From positions 5,939,580 to 6,003,579 of the forward strand of contig CAVRXH010000006.1 of NCBI GenBank assembly GCA_963725175.1: DNA of 64,000 nucleotides, given 5' to 3'. A model generated the notes under the pieces. That model was not told the origin of the DNA. It was given only the letters and a program-made list of their open reading frames with translations, and did not search any database. Both the position numbers and the translations under genes were made by a program. Origin of the DNA: an uncultured Actinomycetota bacterium (GTDB lineage: Bacteria; Actinomycetota; Actinomycetes; Streptosporangiales; Streptosporangiaceae). Below, in pieces: positions 1 to 9,073 of this stretch; positions within the stretch are counted from its first letter, which is position 1; every line of letters starts with the position of its first letter.

Positions 1-147
1 CGCCATGGGGCGCACCGCGCCCTCTCCGCAAGCGACCTGCTGACTTGCGCGACGGCCGCGCATCACCACCTGGTGGTTCTGCACGACGACGGCAACTTCG
101 CGACAGTCGCCCAGTACCTGCCTGACCTCCGTGAGCGCACCATCTAG
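1..147 (+). CDS. PIN-domain toxin (VapC-like), 3' partial; only the C-terminal ~48 aa are in the window
   Basis: Frame 1 is open from base 1 to TAG at 145-147. The translation ALSASDLLTCATAAHHHLVVLHDDGNFATVAQYLPDLRE resembles the C-terminus of VapC PIN toxins (…LIAATA…LTLVT.D.DF…). Confidence 0.4.
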   Translation, partial: RHGAHRALSASDLLTCATAAHHHLVVLHDDGNFATVAQYLPDLRERTI

Positions 148-304
148 GACGCCCACCCGCGCTATAACCCGATGCTCGCGCCGTTGCGGTTCCGAGGCTG
201 AGCCCTGGGCGCGTGGCCGGCGATACCTGGGTACTGCCGGTCCTGGCCAGCCCGGTGAGGCTGGCCAGGACCGGAGTTGCTCGTCCCGCGAGCGGGCCCA
301 GCGG

Positions 305-2421
305 TTACCAGGCGACCTTGATCAGCGCTGCCATTTTTGGCGTGCCGATGCCCGTGGCCATGTCGTAGCCGGATGTGGTGGCGTACAGGCCGTTGCTGAG
401 GGCCGCGCGCTGCCGCCGCTCGAGGCCGGTGATGTCGGTGAAGTACCGGCGCGGGTCGGTGCGGAGCAGCGCGTATACCCACGGGTTGATGTTGCCGGAC
501 CGGTAGCCGTGGAAGCTGTCCCTGTCGGCGGTCATCGCCGCCCACAGCGGGCCGGACAGGCTGGTGCCGTTGGCCTCGAACCAGCCGGGTACCAGCTCGT
601 CGTCGCTGAACGTCGCGCAGGTGCTTTCGGGCTGGCGGGCCGTTCCCGTGCAGTACACGGACACGCCGGTCTGCGGGTCGGCGTTGGCGGACACGTCCGG
701 GTCCTCGCGGCACGGGGTGCCGGCCGCCGCGAGCGCGCACTCGGGGACGCCCGAGCCGTTCACCTTGCCGGACGCGTTCGGGTACGCCGGGTTACGCACG
801 CCCGGGCCGTGCTGGTAGAACGGCCGGCCCCAGTACTGGCTGAACCCGCCGCCGCCGGCGCCGACCGCCAGGCACCAGAACGGGCCGCCCTGGTTGTCGT
901 TGTCCGGCGCCGGGGCCTGCTGGCTGCACAGGTCATCGACGTTCCACACGGTCTCGGTGCCGGGCGGCGGCGGGCCGGGGTCGGGGTTCATCCTGGGGTT
1001 GTAGCTCTCCAGCGAGGTGCCGCCCGTGCCGGTCACCCAGGGCTGCGCGGACGGGTCGATCACGTTCTGGGTGAACGGGCCGGTCAGCGAGTCGACGCAC
1101 TCGTAGATGCCCCAGTCCCCGGAGCCGCTGAACATGCTCTGGCCCTGGAGCGCCAGCTGCTCGAAGATCTCGTTCTCGGCCTGCACGTAGCCGGCGGACA
1201 GGTCGTCCTCGCAGGTGGCCCAGCTCGCGCTGACCACGTCGGCAGTGTCCTGCCTGGCGATCGCCGCGTACTCGGCCAGGCTGGTCTGGCCGGTGGTGTC
1301 CTGCGGCGCGTTGTAGACCTCGACCCGCCGGGCGTCCGGGGCGATGGCCAGGTCGGCCTCGATGTCCCCGGCCGTCTCGATGTCCCCGGAGTAGCCGTTG
1401 ATGTCCGCCGGGCACGAGTCGCCGGACGGGCACTTCGGGTGCACAGGACCGCCGTCCACGTTGATGTTGACCAGGTGCGGGTGGTAGCGCGGCCCGTAGA
1501 AGTGCCGCGCCCAGGTGCCGATGTCCGAGCGCCGGTACGCCGACAGCTCGAACAGGCCGATCGTCACCCCGGCGCCCTTGGTGCGCGGGCCGCCGCGCGG
1601 CGCGCCGTAGATGGAGTTGAGCTGTGCGGGGGTCAGCCCGCTGCAGCCGGGGCCGGCGCCGTAGCCGACCGCGTTGGTCTGGGTGAAGATCGCCCCGGTG
1701 GCTACCTCGTTGAACAGCTGGGTCCTCGTGACGTAGGGCGCCTCGCAGTTCTTCCTCGCCGCCGGCTGGGCGGCCGCCGCCGGCCCCGGGCGGCCGGCCG
1801 CTTCGCGGTGCCCGGCGTCATCAGCATCGAGTGCGGTCGCGCGGTGTTCGTCAGGCCGGTCACGCCGAGCACGTCGCGGGCCAGGCCCGCGGGCAGCCGG
1901 GCCGCCGTCGAGTTGGCGAAGTAGCGGGTCCCGCTCCCGTTCCGGTAAGAACCGAGCGAGGTACGGAACGCGCCCTGCACCTGAGCGCTCGTTCCGGTGG
2001 CCCGGATTAGGAACGGCGACGGCGAGCCGGCCACCGTCAGCCCGGCCGAGCGCAGGTAGGCGATGACGGCGGACCGCACGGTGGCGGCCGGGGCGTACCT
2101 GGCGTCGAACTGCCCGGCGGCCAGCCACCGGTGGAAGGCGCCGCTGCCGGGGGTGTAGGCCGCGCGCAGCGCGGCGGCCAGACCGGCCGGGTCGCGCGGC
2201 GCCAGGGTCAGCTCGACCGACATCCGGGCGCTGGTGTAATTCCCCGTGCGCTGCCCGGTGATCAGCCCGGTGCTGTCGCGCAGCGCCGCGAACCCGGCCG
2301 CCGGGCCCGCGGGCCCGGCGGCCGACTCAGCCGAGGCGGTGGCGTAGCCGCCGCTTAGTACCGCTAAAGCTGCCGAGGCGGCCCCCGCGACCAGGACACG
2401 AGCCGGATTTATCCGCATCAT
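305..2421 (-). pseudogene. S53 family serine peptidase (sedolisin/kumamolisin-like) with signal peptide and pro-domain, interrupted by a frameshift near 1790-1820
   Basis: ORF 1702-2505 encodes a signal peptide (MMRINPARVLVAGAASAALAV) and a pro-kumamolisin-like activation domain. ORF 305-2128 in another frame encodes the catalytic domain (…GTSLSGPLWAAM…). A GGAGGG RBS sits 6 nt before the ATG at 2421. The frames switch inside a G/C homopolymer stretch (ggccccgggcggccggccg). Confidence 0.6.
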
Positions 2422-2643
2422 GCTAGCCCTCCTCAATCGGGCGCTATGACCGGTTGCTCCGGCAAATGCTCCAGCGGCAGAAGCGCCATTCAGCGCCAGC
2501 TTCATAACTTTTCAGCGCCATCAAGGGAACCGGGTGGTCAGCGGCCACTCAGGCTGAACGCCCGTTCACTCCCGGCACGGTGCCGTGGGTCTCGTTTTGG
2601 CCACGAATGTGAGGGTGCTCCTTGCGCAGCAGCCCCTTCGTCG

Positions 2644-2657
2644 TGAACCTTGGTTCA
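2644..2657. promoter_or_regulatory. Perfect 14-bp palindrome TGAACCTTGGTTCA in the upstream region of the liv-type ABC operon; candidate operator
   Basis: Inverted repeat TGAACC-TT-GGTTCA lies 41 nt upstream of the proposed livG start. A second palindrome, AACCGGTT, is at 2663-2670. Confidence 0.3.
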
Positions 2658-2697
2658 TCACTAACCGGTTGTGGCCACTCCAGCAAGGCAACGTCTG

Positions 2698-3576
2698 ATG
2701 AATAGTGATTCATCCGTGGTGCCGGCTCAGCGACCTGCGGCATCCGCGAGCGGGACCCTGGACGTGCGCGGGGTGACCGTGCGGTTCGGCGGCCTGACCG
2801 CGCTGGACGACGTGTCGCTCACCGCGGCCGGCCAGCAGGTGACCGGGATCATCGGCCCGAACGGCGCCGGCAAGACCACCCTGCTCAACGTCCTGTGCGG
2901 CTTTATCCGGCCGCAGTCGGGCCAGCTCAGCTTTGACGGGCAGCGACTGGCCCGGCTGCGGCCGCACAAGCTGGCCCGGCTGGGCATCGCCAGGACACTC
3001 CAGGGCGTCGGGCTGTTCGCCGGGCTGACGGTGGCCGAGAACGTGATGGCCGGCGCGGCCGGCGGCGACCGCGCGGGCGCGTGGCGGGCCGGCTTCTGGC
3101 CGGCCGCGCTCGGCCTGCCGGTGTCAGACGGCCGCCAGCGCGCGCTCCGCGCGCTGGCGATGGAGACGCTGGACCGGCTCGGCGTGGCGGACCTGGCCGA
3201 CGAGCTGCCCGGCGCGCTGCCGCACGGGCCGCGCAAGCGGGTCGCGCTGGCCAGGGCGATGGCGGCCCGGCCGAGGCTGCTGCTGCTCGACGAGCCGGCC
3301 AGCGGCCTGAGCGAGAGCGAGCTGCCTGAGCTGGGCGAGCTGATCACCGAGCTGGCCCGGCAGGCCACGGTCGTGGTGATCGAGCACCGGATGGACCTGA
3401 TGATGTCGGTCTGCGAGCAGATCTTCGTGCTCGACTTCGGCAAGGTGATCGCCTCGGGAACCCCGGCCCAGGTTCAGGCCGACCCGGCCGTCACCGCGGC
3501 CTACCTCGGCACCGAGCCGGAAGCGGGTCCGGTCGCCGAGACCGGGGACTCCGGCGAGGAGGCCGGCGATGAGTGA
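2698..3576 (+). CDS. livG: Branched-chain amino acid ABC transporter ATP-binding protein (LivG-like)
   Basis: Walker A GPNGAGKTTLLNVLCGF, signature LSYGQQ-like motif and Walker B LLLDEPASG. The start could alternatively be GTG at 2671. The gene overlaps the next one by 8 nt. Confidence 0.8.
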   Translation: MNSDSSVVPAQRPAASASGTLDVRGVTVRFGGLTALDDVSLTAAGQQVTGIIGPNGAGKTTLLNVLCGFIRPQSGQLSFDGQRLARLRPHKLARLGIARTLQGVGLFAGLTVAENVMAGAAGGDRAGAWRAGFWPAALGLPVSDGRQRALRALAMETLDRLGVADLADELPGALPHGPRKRVALARAMAARPRLLLLDEPASGLSESELPELGELITELARQATVVVIEHRMDLMMSVCEQIFVLDFGKVIASGTPAQVQADPAVTAAYLGTEPEAGPVAETGDSGEEAGDE

Positions 3577-4324
3577 GCCAGCCGCCGCCCCGGCGGCAAG
3601 CGCGGCGAGCGCCGCCCCGGTGCTGGAGGTCACCGACGTGGTGGCCGGCTACAACGCCGCGCCGGTGCTGGACGGGGTGAGCATCGCGGCCCCGGCCGGC
3701 ACGATCACCGCCGTGCTCGGCGCCAATGGCGCGGGCAAGACGACGCTGCTGCGGACCATCTCGGGCTTCCTGCGGCCGCGGGCTGGCCAGGTGCTGCTGG
3801 ACGGCGCCAGCCTCACCAGGCGCGCCCCGGAGGAGATCGCCAGGGCCGGCCTCGCGCACGTGCCCGAGGGCCAGGGCGTGATCACCGAGCTGACCGTCGA
3901 GGAGAACCTGCGGGTCGGGCTGCTGCTGCGGGACCGGGGCCAGCGCGCGGCGGCGCTGGCCGCCAGCTACGACCAGTTCCCGGTGCTGGGCAAGCGGCGG
4001 CGGGCGCTGGCCGGCTCGCTGTCCGGCGGCGAGCGGCAGATCCTGGTGATCGCCAGGGCGCTGCTCACCGCGCCGCGGGTGCTGCTGCTCGACGAGCCCT
4101 CCCTTGGCCTGGCACCCCGGATCGTCGCGCAGGTGATGGACCTGGTCAGGGGGCTACGCGACGACACGGGACTGACCGTGCTGCTGGTCGAGCAGAACGC
4201 GCGCGGCGCGCTGGCCATCGCCGATCAGGGCCTGGTGCTCAGCCTCGGCAAGGTCGTGGCCAGGGCGGGCGCCGCCGAGCTGGCCGCCGACGAGGGCCTG
4301 CGCCGGCACTACCTCGGCTTCTAG
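3569..4324 (+). CDS. livF: Branched-chain amino acid ABC transporter ATP-binding protein (LivF-like)
   Basis: Walker A GANGAGKTTLLRTISGF, signature LSGGERQ and Walker B LLLDEPSLGLAP. Confidence 0.85.
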   Translation: MSEPAAAPAASAASAAPVLEVTDVVAGYNAAPVLDGVSIAAPAGTITAVLGANGAGKTTLLRTISGFLRPRAGQVLLDGASLTRRAPEEIARAGLAHVPEGQGVITELTVEENLRVGLLLRDRGQRAAALAASYDQFPVLGKRRRALAGSLSGGERQILVIARALLTAPRVLLLDEPSLGLAPRIVAQVMDLVRGLRDDTGLTVLLVEQNARGALAIADQGLVLSLGKVVARAGAAELAADEGLRRHYLGF

Positions 4325-4337
4325 GAGAAGGGCGGTC

Positions 4338-5216
4338 ATGCAAGAGTTCCTTGAGTTCACGCTCGGCGGGCTCAGCACCGGGATGATCTACGCGGCGATC
4401 GCCCTGTCCCTGGTGCTGATCTGGCGCGGCACCCGGGTGCTCAACTACGCCCAGGGCGGCATGGCGATGTTCACCACCTACGTCGCGCTGCTGGTCATCA
4501 ACAGGACCGGGAACTACTGGCTGGGCTTCGCCGCGGCGCTGGCCGCCGGCCTGGTGCTCGGCGCGGTGCTCGAGCGCGCGGTGATCCGGCCGACCGCCCG
4601 CCGCCCCCCGCTGAACGCGGTCATCGTCACCATCGGGCTCCTTATCTTCCTGGAGGGCCTGGCCGGCATCCTGTACGGCGGCCAGTACCGGTCGTTCCCG
4701 CCCGCGTACTCGATCGTGGGCCTGAAGGCAGGCTCGCTGGCGCTTGGCGTCTCCCCGGACGGGATCTTCACGGCCGGGGCGGTGCTCGCCGCGGCGATCC
4801 TGCTCGCGGTCGTGTTCCGGTACACGCCGGCCGGCCTGCGGCTGCGGGCCACGGCGTTCAACCCGGATGTGTCCCGGCTGCTCGGAGTGCGGATCGGGCG
4901 GGTGCTGACCCTCGGCTGGGCGCTGGCCGGCCTGCTCGGCGCGCTGGCCGGGCTGCTGGTCACCCCGACCACGTTCCTCTACCCGAACAGCATGGACGCG
5001 ATCTTCGTCCTCGGCTTCACCGCCGCGGTGATCGGCGGCCTGGACAGCCCGCTCGGCGCGGTCATCGGCGGGCTGCTGCTCGGCGTGCTGCTCAGCTATG
5101 TCGGCGGCTACCTGGGCAGCGACCTGGTCGGCATCGCCGGCCTGGCCGCGCTGACCGCGGTGCTCATGCTGCGGCCCGCCGGGCTGTTCTCCTCCTCCTC
5201 GGTCCGGCAGGTGTGA
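4338..5216 (+). CDS. livH: Branched-chain amino acid ABC transporter permease (LivH-like)
   Basis: The translation is hydrophobic and multi-TM with LivH-type motifs (LNYAQGGMAMF…). The gene sits in an operon with the ATPases and the binding protein. Confidence 0.85.
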   Translation: MQEFLEFTLGGLSTGMIYAAIALSLVLIWRGTRVLNYAQGGMAMFTTYVALLVINRTGNYWLGFAAALAAGLVLGAVLERAVIRPTARRPPLNAVIVTIGLLIFLEGLAGILYGGQYRSFPPAYSIVGLKAGSLALGVSPDGIFTAGAVLAAAILLAVVFRYTPAGLRLRATAFNPDVSRLLGVRIGRVLTLGWALAGLLGALAGLLVTPTTFLYPNSMDAIFVLGFTAAVIGGLDSPLGAVIGGLLLGVLLSYVGGYLGSDLVGIAGLAALTAVLMLRPAGLFSSSSVRQV

Positions 5217-5217
5217 C

Positions 5218-6777
5218 GTGACGCTCGCCAGGCATCTCGGCACGGCGCTGGTCGCCGGAGTGCTCCTGCTGCTGCTTTCCTACAAACTGGGTTCGTACCG
5301 TGACTACGAGCTCGCGGAGGTGGCGGCCTTCGTGGTCGCGGTCGCGGGGCTGACGGTGCTGATCGGGGTCAGCGGGCAGATCTCCATCGGGCACGGCGCC
5401 TTCATGGCCGTCGGGGCGTACGCGGCGGCGCTGCTGATGACGCACCTGCACTGGCCGCTTGAGCTGATCATCGCCGGCAGCGCGGTGATCACCGCCGCCG
5501 CCGGGGCGGTGGTCGGCGTCGCGGCCGCCCGGCTGCGCGGCCCCTACCTCGCGGGCGCCACGCTGATGCTCGCCGTCGCGCTGCCCTCGATCGCCGACCG
5601 TTACCAGGGTGTCTTCGGCGGCGATCAGGGCCTGGACATCAACGTGACGGCGCCTGGCTTCCTCGGCCCGGCGTTCCCGCTCACCCAGTGGCTGGCCCTG
5701 CTGTGCTGCGCCGCCGCGCTGATCACCCTGGTGCTGCTGGCCAACCTGGTGCGCAGCGGGACCGGCCGCGGCTGGCGGGCGATCCGCGACGATGAGGTGG
5801 CCGCCGCGCTGGCCGGCTACGCCGTGGCCCGGCTGCGGGTGCTGGCGTTCGTGGTGAGCGCCGCCTGCGCCGGGGTCGGCGGCGCGCTGCTCGCGGTCGT
5901 CACGGCCAACGTGTCGCCGGGCGCGTTCACCCTGACGCTGTCGATCGGGCTGCTCACCGCGGCCGTGCTCGGCGGCCTGGGCAGCATCGCCGGGGCGGTA
6001 TGGGGCAGCCTGCTGTTCGTCCTGGTGCCGAGCTACCTCACCAACCTCGCCGCCAGCCACGGCCTGTCGGGCGCGGCCAGCTCCAGCGTGCCGATCGCCG
6101 CGTACGGGCTGGTGCTCGTCCTGGTCATGCTCATCTTCCCCGCCGGAATCCAGGGCGGCGTACGCCGCCTGCTCGGACTGGCCGCGCCAGCGGCCGGCCC
6201 GCCATTGAGCGTCCTGCGCCGGCGCCGCCGGCCCGTGACGCGAAGGAGAAAGGCACCACATGAAGAGAACACGCACAGTTACCCTTGCGCCGGTGGCTGG
6301 GCTGGCCGCCGTCGCGATGCTGCTCGCCGCGTGCGGTTCCAGCGGGTCCAGCGGCAGCGGCAAGTCAGGCTCGGGGTCGGCGCTGACCGCGTCGGCGCCT
6401 GGCGTCACCGCCACCACCATCACGATTGGCAGTCACCAGCCGCTCACCGGCATCGCCGCGCCCGGCTACGACGAGATCGCGCCCGCCGCCAACGCCTATT
6501 TCCAGTACCTGAACGCGCACGGCGGCATCTACGGCAGGAAGATCGACTACAAGTACCTCAACGACCAGTACAACCCGTCGCTGACCTCGACCGTCGTCCG
6601 CCAGCTCGTGCTCAAGGACAACGTGTTCGCGATCTTCAACGGGCTGGGCACGCCCACGCACCTGGCGGTCGCGCCGTTCCTGAACAGCGAGAAGGTGCCC
6701 GACGTGTTCGTCGCCTCGGGCTGCGAGTGCTGGAACGCGCCGTCCAAGTGGCCCTACACCTTCGGCTGGCAGCTTGA
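5218..6777 (+). CDS. livM: Branched-chain amino acid ABC transporter permease (LivM-like). Homology ends around 6250; the ORF has no in-frame stop until 6777
   Basis: The GTG start at 5218 overlaps the livH stop (GTGA). The multi-TM LivM-like sequence runs to …GGVRRLLG (~6190). The next 170 codons are Arg-rich and overlap the binding-protein gene in another frame, so a stop codon is probably missing (indel) or this is an assembly error. Confidence 0.65.
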   Translation: MTLARHLGTALVAGVLLLLLSYKLGSYRDYELAEVAAFVVAVAGLTVLIGVSGQISIGHGAFMAVGAYAAALLMTHLHWPLELIIAGSAVITAAAGAVVGVAAARLRGPYLAGATLMLAVALPSIADRYQGVFGGDQGLDINVTAPGFLGPAFPLTQWLALLCCAAALITLVLLANLVRSGTGRGWRAIRDDEVAAALAGYAVARLRVLAFVVSAACAGVGGALLAVVTANVSPGAFTLTLSIGLLTAAVLGGLGSIAGAVWGSLLFVLVPSYLTNLAASHGLSGAASSSVPIAAYGLVLVLVMLIFPAGIQGGVRRLLGLAAPAAGPPLSVLRRRRRPVTRRRKAPHEENTHSYPCAGGWAGRRRDAARRVRFQRVQRQRQVRLGVGADRVGAWRHRHHHHDWQSPAAHRHRRARLRRDRARRQRLFPVPERARRHLRQEDRLQVPQRPVQPVADLDRRPPARAQGQRVRDLQRAGHAHAPGGRAVPEQREGARRVRRLGLRVLERAVQVALHLRLAA

Positions 6778-7603
6778 CTACGTGCGCGAGGGCAAGATCC
6801 TCGGCCAGTACGTCGCGCAGCACTTCAAGGGGAAGAAGATCGGCTTCTTCTACCAGGACGACGAGTTCGGCCAGGACGGGGTCAAGGGCCTGGAGGACGA
6901 GATCCCCGCGAAGCAGGTCGTCGCCAAGGAGGCCTACGACCCGACCAACACCACGGTCGGCCCGCTGGTCGCCAAGCTCAAGGCGGCCGGGGCGCAGGTC
7001 GTCGTCTCGTTCTCGGTGCCGGCCTTCACCGCGCTGCTCAAGCTGAACGCGCTCGGGCTGAGCTACAACCCGCAGCTCGTGGTCAGCAACGTGGGCGCGG
7101 ACGCGATCACCCTGGCGGGCCTGCTTCAGGCGTTCGCCGCCAAGGCGCACCAGAAGGTGAACGGCAACGAGCTGACCCAGGGCATCATCACCGACGGCTA
7201 CCTGCCGACCCTGGGGGACACCAGCAACGGCTGGATCTCGCTGTTCAAGCAGATCCACGACAAGTACATCCCGAAGCTGCCGTTCGACGGGAACGTGCTC
7301 TACGGGATGTCGTCGGCCTACACCTTCGCCGAGGCGATGTTCAAGGCCGGGCGTAACCCGACCAGGCAGGATCTGGTCAACGCGATCAACGGCGGGCTGG
7401 CGCAGGGCGTGGCCATCGCGCCGTACGCCTACTCGGCGACCAACCACAACGGAGTCACCGGCGCCTACATCGGCATCATCAAGGACGGCGTGCTGGTGCA
7501 GACCGGCCCGGTGCTGGTCACCGACACCAGCCCGACCGGTGCCATCACGCCGGACACGACGCCGCAGCCGGCGGCGCCCGCGAACGGCATCCCGCCGCAC
7601 TGA
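6260..7603 (+). CDS. ABC transporter substrate-binding lipoprotein (branched-chain amino acid/LivK family)
   Basis: A strong GAAGGAGAAAGG RBS precedes the start. The lipobox LLAACGSS sits in the signal peptide. The type I periplasmic binding fold sequence is followed by a Pro-rich C-terminus. Confidence 0.85.
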   Translation: MKRTRTVTLAPVAGLAAVAMLLAACGSSGSSGSGKSGSGSALTASAPGVTATTITIGSHQPLTGIAAPGYDEIAPAANAYFQYLNAHGGIYGRKIDYKYLNDQYNPSLTSTVVRQLVLKDNVFAIFNGLGTPTHLAVAPFLNSEKVPDVFVASGCECWNAPSKWPYTFGWQLDYVREGKILGQYVAQHFKGKKIGFFYQDDEFGQDGVKGLEDEIPAKQVVAKEAYDPTNTTVGPLVAKLKAAGAQVVVSFSVPAFTALLKLNALGLSYNPQLVVSNVGADAITLAGLLQAFAAKAHQKVNGNELTQGIITDGYLPTLGDTSNGWISLFKQIHDKYIPKLPFDGNVLYGMSSAYTFAEAMFKAGRNPTRQDLVNAINGGLAQGVAIAPYAYSATNHNGVTGAYIGIIKDGVLVQTGPVLVTDTSPTGAITPDTTPQPAAPANGIPPH

Positions 7604-7744
7604 CCGCACGGCCCGGTGCCCGCCGGTGATCATGAAGCGGGCACCGGGCCGGCGGGCGCCGGGGCGGACTGCCACACTGGTGCTGACCAGCGGAGTTCAC
7701 GCTGGTCAGCGTCCCGCCGCGACAGATCAGCAGAGGTAGCCAGC

Positions 7745-9022
7745 GTGAGTATCGCACCCAGCCGCAAGCCGGCCGCGCGGGACCGGCCGCCGGCCGAGCG
7801 ACTGCTGAGCGCGGCCGAGCGGCTGTTCGGCGAGCGCAGCTACCGGCGCACCACCGTGGCCGACATCTGCGCGCAGGCCGGCATCGCGACGGGCAGCTTC
7901 TACGCGCACTTCGGCTCCAAGTCCGACATCTTCGCGGCGGTCATCCGGCAGATCAACGCCGACCTGCGGGCGACTATGTCGGCGGCGCTGGACACCGCGG
8001 CGGGCAATCAGCGGGCCAGGGAGCGCGCCTCGTTCCGTGCCTATTTCGACCTCATGTCGGAGCGGCCGTGGATCTTCCGCATCGTCCGCGAGGCGGAGTT
8101 CCTGGCGCCGGGGGAGTTCCGCGCCTACTACGAGCGGCTGGCCAGGGGATACGCGCGGGGTGTCCGGGCGGCGCAGCTCGCCGGCGAGGTCGACGCGCGC
8201 TATGACCCGGAGGTCATCGCCTACGTCTACACCGGGCTCGGCAACTTCATCGGGATGCGCTGGGCCGAGTGGACCGCGGGCGGCCGGGTCCCCGACGACA
8301 TCTTCGAGGACGTGATGAGCGTCCTGGCCCGCGGCCTCCCCCCGCCGGCCCCGCCTAGCTCGCCGGCCTGCCGCCGCGCCATCCCGGCTTATCGGGTAGC
8401 GCTTTGGGCGTATGCGGCCCCAAAGCGCTACCCGATCATGAAGTACTCAGCTGCTGGGGCGGCGGCCGGCGAGGGACCAGGCGGCGGGCAGCAGGCCGGC
8501 CGCGATGGCGGCCTTGATCGCGTCGCCGATCAGGAACGGGGTCAGCCCGTCGGCGATCGCGGCGGACACGCTCAGGTGCAGCGACACCGCCAGCCAGGTC
8601 ACGCCGACCGCGTAGATGACCACCTCGCCGGCCAGCATCACCGGCACCGAGCGGAGCACGGAGCGGTCGCCGCCCCGGCCGGCCAGGTAGCCGCACAGCG
8701 CCGCCGCCAGGAAGAACCCGACGATGTACCCGAACGACGCGCCCACGTAGCCGCTGGCGTGCCCGGCGAACCACGGCACGCCGGCCACGCCGGCCACCGC
8801 GTACAGGGCCATCGCGGCGGCGGCCCGGCGCCAGCCGAGCGCGGTGCCGGCGAGCAGCACGCCGAGGGTCTGCCCGGTGACCGGGACTGGCGTGAACGAC
8901 AGGTGGATCTGGAGCTGGGCGAGTACGCCGACGAACCCGGCCGCGCCGACCACGAGCAGGATGTCCCTGACCAGGGTGCCGGGCAGCAGGTCGGCCAGCA
9001 CCAGCGGGCGCGGGCGTCGTAG
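7745..9022 (+). CDS. TetR/AcrR family transcriptional regulator. The TetR domain covers ~7745-8350; the ORF runs on to 9022, antisense through bioY
   Basis: GTG start. The N-terminal HTH is RTTVADICAQAGIATGSFYAHFGSKSDIF. The ~200 aa regulator fold ends at …VLARGLPPP. No in-frame stop precedes the palindromic element at 8391-8436, so the 3' end is suspect. Confidence 0.55.
   Translation: MSIAPSRKPAARDRPPAERLLSAAERLFGERSYRRTTVADICAQAGIATGSFYAHFGSKSDIFAAVIRQINADLRATMSAALDTAAGNQRARERASFRAYFDLMSERPWIFRIVREAEFLAPGEFRAYYERLARGYARGVRAAQLAGEVDARYDPEVIAYVYTGLGNFIGMRWAEWTAGGRVPDDIFEDVMSVLARGLPPPAPPSSPACRRAIPAYRVALWAYAAPKRYPIMKYSAAGAAAGEGPGGGQQAGRDGGLDRVADQERGQPVGDRGGHAQVQRHRQPGHADRVDDHLAGQHHRHRAEHGAVAAPAGQVAAQRRRQEEPDDVPERRAHVAAGVPGEPRHAGHAGHRVQGHRGGGPAPAERGAGEQHAEGLPGDRDWRERQVDLELGEYADEPGRADHEQDVPDQGAGQQVGQHQRARAS
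8391..8436. repeat. Palindromic element copy 1 (18-bp perfect stem, 10-nt loop) at the convergent junction of the TetR and bioY genes
   Basis: ATCGGGTAGCGCTTTGGG-cgtatgcggc-CCCAAAGCGCTACCCGAT. A near-identical element in inverted orientation lies at 63405-63458. Confidence 0.6.
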
Positions 9023-9039
9023 CGTATCTGAGTGCGACA
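8447..9039 (-). CDS. bioY: Biotin transporter BioY (ECF S-component)
   Basis: ATG at 9039 with a GGAGG RBS. MSHSDTLRRPRPLVLADLL… matches the BioY family through five to six TM segments. Confidence 0.8.
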
Positions 9040-9073
9040 TCGGGGCGGAGCCTCCTACTGAAGGGCGCGTGAC

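Noticed and set aside
131-1924. A 597-aa plus-strand ORF, and several other 150-600 aa ORFs that lie antisense to or overlap well-supported genes. Examples are 5164-6423(-), 6365-7675(-), 9553-11271(-), 12650-13588(-), 13734-14741(-), 14732-16828(-), 21263-22774(-), 23192-25315(+), 37954-40251(-), 44753-46228(-), 49868-51586(-) and 60422-61984(-).
   Set aside because: Their translations are Arg/Gly/Ala/Pro-rich low-complexity sequence typical of wrong-frame reading of ~73% GC DNA. The opposite or alternate frame has clear family homology and a coding-type GC3 pattern in every case.
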